A stretch of DNA of 64,000 bases from Alloascoidea hylecoeti. Taxonomy: Eukaryota. Both the position numbers and the translations under genes were made by a program. The notes under the pieces were generated by a model, which saw only the letters and a list, made by a program, of their open reading frames with translations, was not told the DNA's origin and made no database searches. Below are positions 38,474 to 49,815 of the stretch, in pieces (position 1 is the stretch's first letter; each line of letters opens with the position of its first letter). Location: positions 763,454 through 827,453 of the forward strand of contig BCKZ01000002.1 of the NCBI GenBank assembly GCA_001600815.1, written 5' to 3'.

Positions 38474-39661
38474 ATGTCCGTTCAAATGTACACTATAGTC
38501 CAATCTAATGGACATAAAAGAATCTCTGTTGATGAAGATCTCTATCTTGATAACAAGACTAATAAGAGGCAAAAATTGGACTCCTCAACGAAAAATAAAC
38601 GAAAATCTTTCACAAAACAAAAATCATCATTTATTTTGGATAATCCAGAGATACAGCAAAAGTTTTTATCATTTTTAGAAAATAATCTTGATCTTCTCCT
38701 ATCTAATACAGCTAAAACAATTGATACTATTAATGGTATATATAAGAATACTGCGGATGAAGATATTCAATATACGAGTAAATTAATGTCATTTAAACAA
38801 GAAATTCAATCTCAAAAATCAGAAATAATGTGTATTTTAAAAGAAATCAAATCATCTGTTCTAACCCTTCAAACGACGGATTTAATTACATTAGCTTTAA
38901 CAATGATTGAAACAATTGATTCAGCAGAGATTGATTTGGGTAAAGCGCTTGATACTCAGGTAAGTATAGCTATTAATCACGGTTTTATAAATTATTATCG
39001 TCATTTTACACGGATTTTATTCAAAAGATTCTCAAGCATAAGGAATGCATTAATTGATAATTTAACCAATCAATATTCTATAACTACAACAAATTTAGAT
39101 GAACCAATAATAATAATTCCTGTTGCAAAGCCAGTTTCTAGATCTTCAACTGTAAATCAGAAAGATGAAGATGAAGAAGAGGAAGAAGAGGAAGAAGAAG
39201 AAAAGTGCACACCCAAGAGATTGTTAAATAAATCAATTATTAAAAATCTTTATAAAACTTCAAATTTTACGAAAATTTCTTTAAAATATTTAGAATCAAA
39301 CTTAAAAATTGATTATAAGAATGAAATTGAAAGAGATTTCTTATTAAATATAACTTATTTTATCGAAGAACTTTTTAATTTACGTAAAATGTATGAGAAA
39401 TCAATATTATTAATTAATCATAATGGTGAAAAATCTAGTTCAGTTTTAAAAAAAGAATCTGACAAATTGGAAAAAACTATGGATAAATGGTTACAAGAAT
39501 GGATTAATGTAATGGATAAAAGAGAAATTAAATTAAGAGAATTAACAAATTCAATTATAACTGGAATAAATGATAATCATGAGTTGAAATCTTATATAAA
39601 TCATAGAATAATTCATATACTTGATTTATTAAGGAAAATGATAAACTTATTACGAATATAA
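38474..39661 (+). CDS. Hypothetical helical protein with basic NLS-like N-terminus and poly-Glu tract
   Basis: 395-codon ORF from ATG 38474; KRQKL..KNKRK; no family recognised. Confidence 0.75.
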   Translation: MSVQMYTIVQSNGHKRISVDEDLYLDNKTNKRQKLDSSTKNKRKSFTKQKSSFILDNPEIQQKFLSFLENNLDLLLSNTAKTIDTINGIYKNTADEDIQYTSKLMSFKQEIQSQKSEIMCILKEIKSSVLTLQTTDLITLALTMIETIDSAEIDLGKALDTQVSIAINHGFINYYRHFTRILFKRFSSIRNALIDNLTNQYSITTTNLDEPIIIIPVAKPVSRSSTVNQKDEDEEEEEEEEEEKCTPKRLLNKSIIKNLYKTSNFTKISLKYLESNLKIDYKNEIERDFLLNITYFIEELFNLRKMYEKSILLINHNGEKSSSVLKKESDKLEKTMDKWLQEWINVMDKREIKLRELTNSIITGINDNHELKSYINHRIIHILDLLRKMINLLRI

Positions 39662-39791
39662 AAGAAGGCTTTCATTTTCTAATAATGTTTCTATTTAATT
39701 ATTTATTGGCTTCACATACACACAATATTCGAATTCATAGGTTATATTATACTTGAGCTCATAACTACATTTACTATTATCATGTTTGGTT

Positions 39792-40628
39792 TCATTTTGA
39801 ACCAATCTTAATATCATCTGTGTAGGTTCCAGCTTGTATTCCATTCTTGGTATATCGAACAGTAGACTTCAAATTACCTGCAGATGTATTTTCATTTGAA
39901 GCTAATATTTCTTGGTTTGGAGTTGAATTTATATCAGAAGGTTCGGAACTTGCATTACTGTACCAATCATAGTCAAATAAAACTTCACTTTTTTTGGAAT
40001 CAATTGGTGACTTTGGTTCATGAACATTACTTGGGTGCTGAATATAATCAGTTTGATAATATTGATTCCATTTTGTTGAAAGTTTTTCTTTCCCAGCAAG
40101 AAACCCTACTTTTGCTATATGCTTCACATCCTTGGCAACATCAGATGCAACCGCAGCTTTCCAAAGCATATCTAATCTTGAAACAGCTTCTTGATAACGT
40201 AGATTTGCATGTGTTCCATCCATAGAACTAGCAGATCTAGTTTTAATACCATCGCGAGCAGTTGAATACAAATCACTCTCGGCATTATGTAAAACCTTGA
40301 TAATTTCTTGTTGTACTAATTGTCTGTTCTCCCAAATGGCGGAAACTGAAGCTTCTAGTTCTTTCTGATCTTTTGAATGAATAACATTCATTATTTGTTG
40401 TCCTAAATTTGAATATGATAAAGACCGAGCTGCAGACTGATCAGGATCCGTTAAACTTGCCTTTCGTACTATTTTATCAACATCTTTTGATCTTGCCTTT
40501 CCGGATATCGCTTTAATGATAAATAAAACAACTCTATAATCTGTTTTCTTGGGTGCTTTAGTTACCAAATAACAAGCTTTAAGTAACGATATCGATGATT
40601 GATCACTATTTGAAGACGAAGCGGACAT
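39792..40628 (-). CDS. Hypothetical protein
   Basis: 278-aa ORF with coding-like composition; no family recognised. Confidence 0.75.
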   Translation of the reverse strand: MSASSSNSDQSSISLLKACYLVTKAPKKTDYRVVLFIIKAISGKARSKDVDKIVRKASLTDPDQSAARSLSYSNLGQQIMNVIHSKDQKELEASVSAIWENRQLVQQEIIKVLHNAESDLYSTARDGIKTRSASSMDGTHANLRYQEAVSRLDMLWKAAVASDVAKDVKHIAKVGFLAGKEKLSTKWNQYYQTDYIQHPSNVHEPKSPIDSKKSEVLFDYDWYSNASSEPSDINSTPNQEILASNENTSAGNLKSTVRYTKNGIQAGTYTDDIKIGSK

Positions 40629-41406
40629 TTCTTATCTAAGTGAATATTCAGGAGTATAGATTATTATAAAAGAAAAGGGGATACAGGCCTACATATTGAA
40701 GGGGGGTAATAATTTATAGCAATTATAAACTTCTATTTATCCATAGATGTGGCTGTCCTTTGTGATAATACATCAATGAATGCATTTGCACTTTTAAAAC
40801 TAGGGCAGCAACAGAATATGACGCCCTCATAATATTAATCATGACATATATCTAAAGAATCTAAAGATAGCATATTTAAATTAGTTTCAGTCTGTCCAGG
40901 TAAGTCTAGTTAAGTTCTACACCTAGTTCCAATGGATTGGATCATCATAAGCTTTAAATTTACAAGATGTGCGATGAGATTCAGTACTAAAGACTAATAT
41001 TAATATAATGTGACCAGCTCATGAGCCACAAACCTTTTTCTGATCTATAATAATAATAACCCAATTGTAAGAATAAAACATCTCCATTTCATGATTATTA
41101 GGTGTCTCTTGTTTATTTATTTCGTATTTCATATTTCATAATAGGATTAGCTGAGTGCTCAATGTCTCGATGCTACGTACAAGTAAAAGTCTTCCTGTCT
41201 CTTGTGTTCCTAATTGAAACGACCTACCACAACGAGGATGCACACCCAGTAGTACTATATCATTTCAATAACCAATAATTTTGATTAAAACATACTTCTT
41301 CAACTTTTGTGATATTTTTGTTATCAATTCATATATAAAATCCGTTCTATGGAAACGAAGACTATTACCCGGATGTTTTTATTGAGGGTGTACATATGTA
41401 TACTAC

Positions 41407-41442
41407 TTAGGGCTAATACCGCAGATTTGTGAGTTGTGACTT
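41407..41442 (+). promoter_or_regulatory. Tbf1-type TTAGGGCTA site and Homol-D-like TGTGACTT upstream of RPL21
   Basis: TTAGGGCTA at 41407-41415 and TGTGACTT at 41435-41442 (one mismatch to TGTGACTG), 100-135 bp upstream of the ATG. Confidence 0.45.
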
Positions 41443-41542
41443 ACTTTCCTAAATCGGTAATTTAACAACCAAACAGCATAGGAAGTAAAATGAGAAGTTA
41501 GAATAATTTCAACCATCAACATAAAATTAACACAACGATAAA

Positions 41543-42229
41543 ATGGGTAAAAGGTATGTTCACAAAATAATGCAGTACAACAATCAAAGAATGAAAGAGT
41601 CTTACTCAGAACTGTTTGCGTACAACTGGAATCAGCGTTCAATGATTATCGGCAGCTTTTCAACAGGTTTTGTCTCTTTTATTCTCATGAAGTTTTCTGA
41701 AGATTTAAATCATGAATATCATGACTATTGGTGATTCTAACATCTTTATCAATATAGTCGCGGTTTAAGATCAGGTACAAGATATGCCTTCCAAAGGGAT
41801 TTCAGAAAGACAGGAGCTATCCCTCTTTCTACTTACTTGAAGATTTACAAAGTCGGTGACATCGTCGACATTAAGGCCAATGGTTCCATCCACAAGGGTA
41901 TGCCACACAAATACTACCACGGAAAGACTGGTCGTGTTTACAACGTTACCAAATCATCTGTCGGTGTCATCATTTACAAGATTGTTGGTAACAGATACCT
42001 TGAAAAGCGTGTCAACTTGAAGATTGAGCACGTTATCCACTCCAAATGCCGAACGGAATTTTTGAACAGAGTTAAGGAAAACGCTGCTAAGAAGGCTGAA
42101 GCAAGAGCTAAGGGTGAACTTGTTCAATTAAAAAGACAACCGGTTAAACCAAGATCTGCTCATGTTGTTTCTACTCAAGGAAATATCCCACAAACTTTAG
42201 CTCCAGTAGCTTACGAAACTTTTATTTAA
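41543..42229 (+). CDS. RPL21: 60S ribosomal protein L21 (eL21), 2 exons, 160 aa
   Basis: Exon 41543-41553 (ATGGGTAAAAG), intron 41554-41757 (GTATGT..TTCTAAC..TAG), exon 41758-42229: MGKSRGLRSGTRYAFQRDFRKTG...YETFI. Confidence 0.97.
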
Positions 42230-42381
42230 ATTATATATGCTTGTTTATTCCAATTTTACAAAAGGTTTTTTACAAAGTTCTACAAGTATTACACTATATA
42301 ATTGCAGAGTGATATGAGGGGAATAATAATTTGTATTAATATATATATAATTTTAATGAGAAATTTCAAATTAAATTAAAA

Positions 42382-44769
42382 TCAAATCGATACTGTTTCA
42401 TCATTTATTAACCCAAATACTTTTTCTTCTTTAATTCGTTGATGTAATTGTTTTATTGCTTGTATAGCATATTCTTCAGCCTTTAAATCATTAATAACTT
42501 TAGAAAGACGAATTTGTAATTTAAAAGCATATATCATTCCTTTAAAATCATTCATCGATTTAAAATGATCAATTGCTATTTCAAGATATCTTAAAATTTT
42601 TTCTTCTTGTTTATCTTGCGTTTGATAATCATTATTATTCTCTTTCTTTGATATTTCTAACAATAGAATCAATATTTCACTTAAAGTAGTTGCCATATTT
42701 GCTATTATCATAGCATCATTTATTAAAAATACTTGAGGGAAAACAGGATTAAGAATCGACAGCGCATCATTAGGTTTTTTAAATTTAATCAAAATGTTAG
42801 AAAGTATAGTAATTCCTTGCATTGTTAATGGTAGTATCATTGATTTATAAGATTTTGAAATACATTTTAATGTTAAAGAAAATGCTTTCCCAGGAAAATC
42901 AGTTTCAGATATAAGTTGGGCATAAAGTAATGAAAATTTCAAATTATAAAAAATATCATGATCTTGCTTCTCTATATCTGATAGAATAGTTGATATATCT
43001 CTTAATGCTTCAAAAACATTACCTTCCTTTGATGTTAAAAGAGCTTGTAAATATTTTATTTCAAATAATACATCTAAATCAAATTCATTTTTTATATCAT
43101 TACCTTCTGTTAATCGATCTAACATTCCTCTGGCGGCGAAAAATCTATTCCTATTGATGGCCTGATGAATATGTAATAACTGTCGTCGTAATTCCCATAT
43201 TTTAAACACTTGATTGTGTTCTAATGCAATTTCTTTTAAACCATCCATTTTTAATAACGATTCTTCAACTTTACCTCTTTGATATAATAAAAACGCTTGA
43301 CGAATTTGTAAATTAACGGCCTCCAAATCATGAGTACGTGAGTCGACTTGATCAATGAATATATCTAAATAAATGTCACTTAATATTGGTACACCAATAC
43401 GTGCCCATAAAGCAGATTGAACCTGTACTTGTTTCCCAAAACTTGAAATATCATCATTTGATATGGATATAAATGAAGCTTTTGTAATTGATTCTAATAT
43501 TTGCCATAAAGGTGAACCTTGTTCCATAAATTTAACAGCTTCATTTTGATAAGCAATTGCGTGTAAAAAACCAGATGATTCAATTGATTTTACTTTTAAA
43601 AATGATAAAATTTGATCATCAGATACAGCTAATTTATTACGATATTCTTTATGATTTTTAATTAAATCGTAAAGCCATACCATTATGTGATTTAGAAAAT
43701 TTGTATCTTTTGCTTCCCTTGCAACTGAAATTGCTTCTTCGGCAGCTCTTAAAGCTTCTGGAAAGCAACCGAATCTTGCTTGTAGTGTTGCTAAACTAAA
43801 TAAAGCAAAATGATAAAATGTATTATTACTTAAACCAATAACATAATCAAAATATCGATGTAAAGATTCAAAACATTGTTCATAATCACCAATTCTTGAA
43901 AACTCAAGATATTGTATATAATGTAAAGCAGGTAATGGATTTGGATCTGAAATAACAATTTTTTCCATAATTTTACGAACTTCCGGTGGAGTTGGTGTAC
44001 CATACTTTTCAAATTGATCAATTTGATGATTAATTAATAAATCTAAGTCATATCTTGGTGTTAAAACTAAAGAAGATGATGTTGAATTTGTTGACAATAT
44101 TTGCTTTATATTAGGATGTGTTAATAAATTCATAAGTGATTGATCTTTAATGACTATATCCTTTCGTTTATTATTTTCAAGAGATGTTAAATTTGAATCA
44201 CCACCTAATTCAATCCATTTTTGTCTTGTTGTTACTCTATAATGTACAAATGCGTCCCATAATTGAACCAATTTTTCAAATGCTAAAAATTCAAAAGATA
44301 AAATACAAGTGAAAATAAGTTTCCCCAATATACTTGATCTTGATAATCTTTTTTTAATACTTTTATTTTTTTTACGTTTAATTCGTTGTTGTTGAGAATA
44401 GTTTGAATCTCTTTGTAATAATAATAAATCATTTGATGAATCAATAAATGAATGAAGAGAATCAACGCACCATAAATTCCATAAAGTTTTTAGTAATTTA
44501 AATTGGATAGCTGATGCATTTTCTTTACTATTATTATTATTGTCTGAGTTTAATTCTTCACTTATTAAATTCAAAAAATCTAACATTGGCATCTCAATAT
44601 GTTCTGGACCAGGGGTTTCTATAAATCTCATCACTTTTGACATTAAACGAATACCACTTCTACTTGGAATTTCCCCTTTACAGTATAAGTTAACAAGTGC
44701 TATGAGAACAATTTTGAAAGGTGATAAGAATTGTGTAACAACTAATTGTGATGGAGCTTGTTCTGTCAT
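42382..44769 (-). CDS. APC5: Anaphase-promoting complex subunit 5 (TPR-like)
   Basis: FLSPFKIVLIALVNLYC, SRSSILGK, HYIQYL....GDY....ESLHRYFDY, YHFAL..LA..QA.FG....A..A.EEAI.VARE..D. Start taken at ATG 44769. Confidence 0.88.
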   Translation of the reverse strand: MTEQAPSQLVVTQFLSPFKIVLIALVNLYCKGEIPSRSGIRLMSKVMRFIETPGPEHIEMPMLDFLNLISEELNSDNNNNSKENASAIQFKLLKTLWNLWCVDSLHSFIDSSNDLLLLQRDSNYSQQQRIKRKKNKSIKKRLSRSSILGKLIFTCILSFEFLAFEKLVQLWDAFVHYRVTTRQKWIELGGDSNLTSLENNKRKDIVIKDQSLMNLLTHPNIKQILSTNSTSSSLVLTPRYDLDLLINHQIDQFEKYGTPTPPEVRKIMEKIVISDPNPLPALHYIQYLEFSRIGDYEQCFESLHRYFDYVIGLSNNTFYHFALFSLATLQARFGCFPEALRAAEEAISVAREAKDTNFLNHIMVWLYDLIKNHKEYRNKLAVSDDQILSFLKVKSIESSGFLHAIAYQNEAVKFMEQGSPLWQILESITKASFISISNDDISSFGKQVQVQSALWARIGVPILSDIYLDIFIDQVDSRTHDLEAVNLQIRQAFLLYQRGKVEESLLKMDGLKEIALEHNQVFKIWELRRQLLHIHQAINRNRFFAARGMLDRLTEGNDIKNEFDLDVLFEIKYLQALLTSKEGNVFEALRDISTILSDIEKQDHDIFYNLKFSLLYAQLISETDFPGKAFSLTLKCISKSYKSMILPLTMQGITILSNILIKFKKPNDALSILNPVFPQVFLINDAMIIANMATTLSEILILLLEISKKENNNDYQTQDKQEEKILRYLEIAIDHFKSMNDFKGMIYAFKLQIRLSKVINDLKAEEYAIQAIKQLHQRIKEEKVFGLINDETVSI

Positions 44770-45208
44770 TGTATTATTAAGTGTGTGCGTGTTGCAAAAC
44801 ACAAAAGTAATAAGCTTACTGTGATGCGTTAATATATTAGCTCATATTAGAGATATTATTCGCCCACATTTTGAGTTAATAATTCGACCATCGATATCGA
44901 TATTAACGCAAAACCCATAAAGAATTTAATTATACATTACAAAAACTATATTATTCAGATAGTAATCTATAAATATATATAACAAAAGAAAAGAAAAGAG
45001 ATGTACTACCAGTCTTATTAATTAGATATGATTATATTTGATTGAAGAGAAAAAAACTAATATAATGAATAAAACAGTAAGAAGAAATATGAATAGAAAC
45101 GATATTCATTCAAAATAACAACGAAAAATAAGGCAAATGCTTTTTCCCCTTATTTTTTAAGAGATTTATTTAATAATAATAAAATAGAAATATAAAAGTA
45201 ATTTCAAA

Positions 45209-46819
45209 TTAAAGGCCACTACTATCAACGCAAAATCTATCACTCCAAGTAACAATATTTAACTCATTCGAAATATAAAGTAATTCAGAATGTAATGATA
45301 AATTTTGAAATTTATAAAATCTTTTCTTCAGTGTAGTTAAATCATAAAGAAATAAATGTTCTGTGGTTTCAATTGGTCTGTCTTCTTCTTCTTCATACCA
45401 AGGACAAACTCTACTGTTTTGTAAAACAATTAATATACCATCTGTAATCATCCAATATTTAATAGATTTATCAGTTTCTTCTTCTAGTTCCATAACAACA
45501 TCCCAATTTATTTTATTATTATAACCTTCAATTTTTAAGTCTTTATGAACTGGTATTACTATTTCTGAAGCTTTTGTTGGATTTTTCCCAAAACTTTCAG
45601 TTTGAAAATGATGATTATATGAAGTATCCAAACTTTTTAAAAAATCAACCAAAGGTTGTGTTAAAATTTCAAAAGTTCCTTTATATGGATCACTTTCTAA
45701 ATTGTTAAATCTACTACAATAGATCTTAGATCCAGTTATTTTAAAATGATTATAATCTAATCTATTATCATGTATACCAATAATTTCACCTGTTTCCCGA
45801 TATAAAATTGCATGTAAAAAATCTTGTTTAAAACCATTTAAAGTCATTGATAATTTAACTTGAATGTAATGTTTACTTGCTGCTAACCAATTATTCCAGC
45901 TAAATTCAAAAATTGTTCTCCATATCATTTTTGATGGTTTATATATATCCGAATTTCTTTTAAAAGCACCAATATACATTTTTCTTGTTGCTAAATCAAG
46001 ACCAATTATATAAAGCATATCACCAACAATGCTATATGGAATTGAATCATAGGCAATATCATATACTAAAGGAGGATCAAATTTCCAATGATTTGACGGT
46101 AAAAATGCACTTGTTAATGAATGTATAGAACCAAGAAAAGCAGATTTAGGTAATGTTGAATAGAAAGGATCCAAATTTTTAATCAAGATAATTCTCCCGG
46201 AATCCATAACACTTATATTATTTTCTGTAATGAAATCGAATTCATTTTGAGAAAGAATCCCTGATGGTAAAAAATTCTTTTTATCTTCAACTCTTGTAGG
46301 ATCTTTTCTATAAAAATCAATATCAACCATTAATGAACCATCAGGATCTAAACAACCAATACATTTCCCGGGTTTTATCTTTTTATTCATAAACATTTTA
46401 TAATGTGATAAACCTAAACATTCAATTATTTTCTCAGGAAAATCCGGCAATTTATCATGTTTCCATTGAGTTGGCTGTGCTTCAACATATAAATTTTTAT
46501 CAGTTATGTTAACAGTTTTTTTCAATTCCTTTTTTATTGTTTCTATTGTCTTTGTTAAATTTTTCCAAATTATTTTATCTTTTTGGGGATGTCGATGTTC
46601 AATGTACCATTCAACGGCTAACGGATTTTCCCTATTTAACAAGACTCTAAATAGGTTATCATATTGCAAGTTTTGGAAATAGACCATTAAAGATTTAGTG
46701 ACCCTTGTAAAATTGTAAAAATCCTTTAAGGACAGATTGATTATGATTTGTTGCAAAATATCATCAGATAAATCCAACAAATTTGATTTTATAGTTGATT
46801 GTTCTCCAGAAAGAGGCAT
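45209..46819 (-). CDS. F-box protein, lineage-specific
   Basis: N-terminal F-box motif LLDLSDDILQQIIINLSLKDFYNFTRVTKSL; beta-rich C-terminal region. Confidence 0.75.
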   Translation of the reverse strand: MPLSGEQSTIKSNLLDLSDDILQQIIINLSLKDFYNFTRVTKSLMVYFQNLQYDNLFRVLLNRENPLAVEWYIEHRHPQKDKIIWKNLTKTIETIKKELKKTVNITDKNLYVEAQPTQWKHDKLPDFPEKIIECLGLSHYKMFMNKKIKPGKCIGCLDPDGSLMVDIDFYRKDPTRVEDKKNFLPSGILSQNEFDFITENNISVMDSGRIILIKNLDPFYSTLPKSAFLGSIHSLTSAFLPSNHWKFDPPLVYDIAYDSIPYSIVGDMLYIIGLDLATRKMYIGAFKRNSDIYKPSKMIWRTIFEFSWNNWLAASKHYIQVKLSMTLNGFKQDFLHAILYRETGEIIGIHDNRLDYNHFKITGSKIYCSRFNNLESDPYKGTFEILTQPLVDFLKSLDTSYNHHFQTESFGKNPTKASEIVIPVHKDLKIEGYNNKINWDVVMELEEETDKSIKYWMITDGILIVLQNSRVCPWYEEEEDRPIETTEHLFLYDLTTLKKRFYKFQNLSLHSELLYISNELNIVTWSDRFCVDSSGL

Positions 46820-47429
46820 AATGGATATTCACTAAGTTTATTATATATGCCTACGAATTGAATATTATTGAAACATATCAATGTTTGTGATAAAGAAAAA
46901 TGGTGGAGATGTTTCTTTGTTAATTTGCCTCTTGCCAAAAGAGATTGCTCATGCTGCCGGTCAGCTGATTAGAATTTAAAATATGAATTTAAATTTTAAA
47001 CAGATAATAGAAAATTTGATCGCAGGGTCTCAAATGACACAATATGTGGTAAATTTAAACGGCTCTAGGCTCTAGAGTCAGGTAAGACCGACCCTCAAAA
47101 CCAAGTCAATTATAAACTTAATTTCCCTACATTTTTAATAATACAGATGGCTACCTAAATTTTCATTTGCAGACTAGTTAAAGTGTTAATATTGACATGT
47201 AAATTTCAAATTGGAAGTTTTAATAACTTGGTGTAAATGAAAAGAAATTGTTCACGGAATATTTCAATGATAATTGTGACAATGGTACAAAACTAAATCG
47301 CCACTTAAGATTCCCGTGGCATCAGCGTTAAGGCCGGATAACTTAGATGAATTATAAAAACATTAAAGTTGCAATTAAATTGTATATAGAAAATGTAAAT
47401 AGATCTAAAACAATATTTAAATTTATAAT

Positions 47430-49664
47430 CTAATCGGATTCTGAATCTGAAAAGTCTGATAAACCGACATCAATCTCAGGCATTTCAAAATCAGAATCAT
47501 TATCTTCATTTCTATTTTTATTTTCTAGAAAAGTATTTGCATTTGTAACAGTAGTAGTTATTGAATTAGGAACCTGATTAACATCATTCTTAATTTCAAT
47601 AGAGTTGCTAACATCATCATGATCTGCATCTTTATTATCATCGTTTTTATCCATTGATTTGATAACGGATCCCCAACTCATCTTTGGTAAATTTGTTTGT
47701 GTAGTTTTAGTTTCAATAGTTTGCACATTGATTAAATGTGTATCATCATTATCAATATCCATTGATGTATTCTCAACGGTTATTGTTTTTGATTGTAATG
47801 CTTGTATATTGTTCTTTTCAATGGTTACTAAAGATTTATTGTTGCCAAATCTTGTTCTTTTTAAAACTCTCTCTTCATCATAATCTTTTTGCTTTTCTTC
47901 ATGTTCATCTTGTTCGTTTTCTTGTTCACATTCTTCATCTTCTAATTTTTGTTCATCACTTAATTTTTTTCTTTTTAATATTTGATCATGATAATTTAAT
48001 GGTAATCTTGGATGAATTAAAAGATTAATTAAACTATTACTTGGAATTAATTTAGCAATTAATTGAGCAATACTAATTTTATCATTTTTTGAAGGATATA
48101 AAGAACAAGAAATTATCAAATCTTTCAAAGATTCATTCAAGATTTCACCATTGTATAATTTCTCATTACAAGTTAGGATTGAATATCTGTAAATATCTAT
48201 TCGAGATTTCCCTGATAACTCAAAACAATGTTGTATAATTGAATTAAATAATATTTCAATCGATGTTACTAAACTTTGAGATAATTTTGGGGTGAATAAA
48301 TTTGGCGATGCAACAATATCTGATAATAAACCTAAATCATTATTCTTTGTCTTTTTGTGTTTTGTTTTTCTTGGATTATTATTCTCTAATGATGAGAATG
48401 AAGTAGGTGTTTTTTTATTTGTTAAATCATCAAGAGATGGGGCTTTTAATTCTATTGATGATAAAGCTAAATTAATAACTCTACTAATAAAAGGATTAAA
48501 AATTGGTGGAACCAAAGAAATTAAATCTAATATTTTTGAAATTAATAAAAATGAAGCCTCAATTAGAAAAGGAGGAGGTACATTTATTTTTGATTCATTA
48601 TGATTATTTTTTGAAATAATAGTTGATGGGAATAAAATCATTTCCAAAGATTGAGATAAATCATAAATAAAAGGTAATATTTGATGTTTTAAATGATCAA
48701 TTAATAAAATTAAAAAATTTGTAATTTCAAAATGTAATTGATTTAAAAAATTTAAAATTTTATTTTTTTCAAATTTTGAAATATATTTTAAATTTTGTAA
48801 AAAATCATTAAAATTTAAATTAAAACAAGTTTTAATAAAATTAATAATTTTTTTTAAAGGTAAATTGATATTTGATTTAGTTTCAATTTTAAAAAAATTT
48901 GATAATAATAAAATATAAGTTTTTAATTTATTAATATCATCTTCTTCAGATTCTTCTTTAGATTCTTCTTCTAAAGATAAATCAATAAAATTTTCACCAA
49001 TTGATAAATTCTCAAGTTCTAATTTTAAATCATTATCTTCAATAGTAATGTATTTTTCGAATTTTTTCATTATTAATTTCGAAATACAAGAAATTGTATT
49101 TTCTAAAGCATTTTTCCATTCTTGAGATTCATTGTTTTTCGTAGCAGTTAAATGAAGTAAAACTATTCCTTTACAAAACTCATCCTTAACATTTGACTTG
49201 AACAATTGAAAATCAGACAATTTAATTACCGATATTAAAGAATTGAAGTATTTTTTAGAAAATGGACGGAAAGTTGTAGGATGGTTTGGTATTATCTTAT
49301 TTAAACACCAAACACTTGATGCCAATAATTTCTCATCATTTTCTTCTCTGTTGTTTAAGATATCAAGTAGAGATTGGATTAAAGCAGGTAATCGAGGAGT
49401 GATTACTTCTCTAATCAGAGATTTCCCATTTAAAGACAGAATACCGTGGGTCAAAACGACGGCTTGGGTTTTCAGCATGGTGTGGTCATGTGACTGTAGG
49501 ATACACATGACCTTGGGCACAACGAGGGACAAACTGGAGTACACCACAGCCGGCTGGGCAGCGGTTAGGGTGTGAAGGGTGACCAGTGCCTGCAGCTTTT
49601 GGGCGGGCGAGGCGCTTAGGTAAGCGACGAGGGTCGGCAGGTCTGTTTCCGTTTCCAAATCCAT
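47430..49664 (-). CDS. RIX1: Pre-rRNA processing protein Rix1 (PELP1 homolog)
   Basis: HPTTFRPF and LLIHPRLP motifs, acidic tail DFEMPEIDVG.SD. RRPE-like TGAAAAAT motifs at 49691 and 49705 upstream. Confidence 0.85.
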   Translation of the reverse strand: MDLETETDLPTLVAYLSASPAQKLQALVTLHTLTAAQPAVVYSSLSLVVPKVMCILQSHDHTMLKTQAVVLTHGILSLNGKSLIREVITPRLPALIQSLLDILNNREENDEKLLASSVWCLNKIIPNHPTTFRPFSKKYFNSLISVIKLSDFQLFKSNVKDEFCKGIVLLHLTATKNNESQEWKNALENTISCISKLIMKKFEKYITIEDNDLKLELENLSIGENFIDLSLEEESKEESEEDDINKLKTYILLLSNFFKIETKSNINLPLKKIINFIKTCFNLNFNDFLQNLKYISKFEKNKILNFLNQLHFEITNFLILLIDHLKHQILPFIYDLSQSLEMILFPSTIISKNNHNESKINVPPPFLIEASFLLISKILDLISLVPPIFNPFISRVINLALSSIELKAPSLDDLTNKKTPTSFSSLENNNPRKTKHKKTKNNDLGLLSDIVASPNLFTPKLSQSLVTSIEILFNSIIQHCFELSGKSRIDIYRYSILTCNEKLYNGEILNESLKDLIISCSLYPSKNDKISIAQLIAKLIPSNSLINLLIHPRLPLNYHDQILKRKKLSDEQKLEDEECEQENEQDEHEEKQKDYDEERVLKRTRFGNNKSLVTIEKNNIQALQSKTITVENTSMDIDNDDTHLINVQTIETKTTQTNLPKMSWGSVIKSMDKNDDNKDADHDDVSNSIEIKNDVNQVPNSITTTVTNANTFLENKNRNEDNDSDFEMPEIDVGLSDFSDSESD

Positions 49665-49815
49665 TTTTCCCTTTTTTCTTCAGTTGCAAATGAAAAATGA
49701 AAATTGAAAAATATTTGCAGAACAGATGCAGATCGGGTGTGTGGGTGTTTTATATATCACACATTATATTCTTTAGTACCACAAGTAACTTCACATCACA
49801 TACTAATCAAATAAA

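Noticed and set aside
41642..41700. Intronic snoRNA in the RPL21 intron
   Set aside because: Imperfect C box, short span and no recognisable guide.
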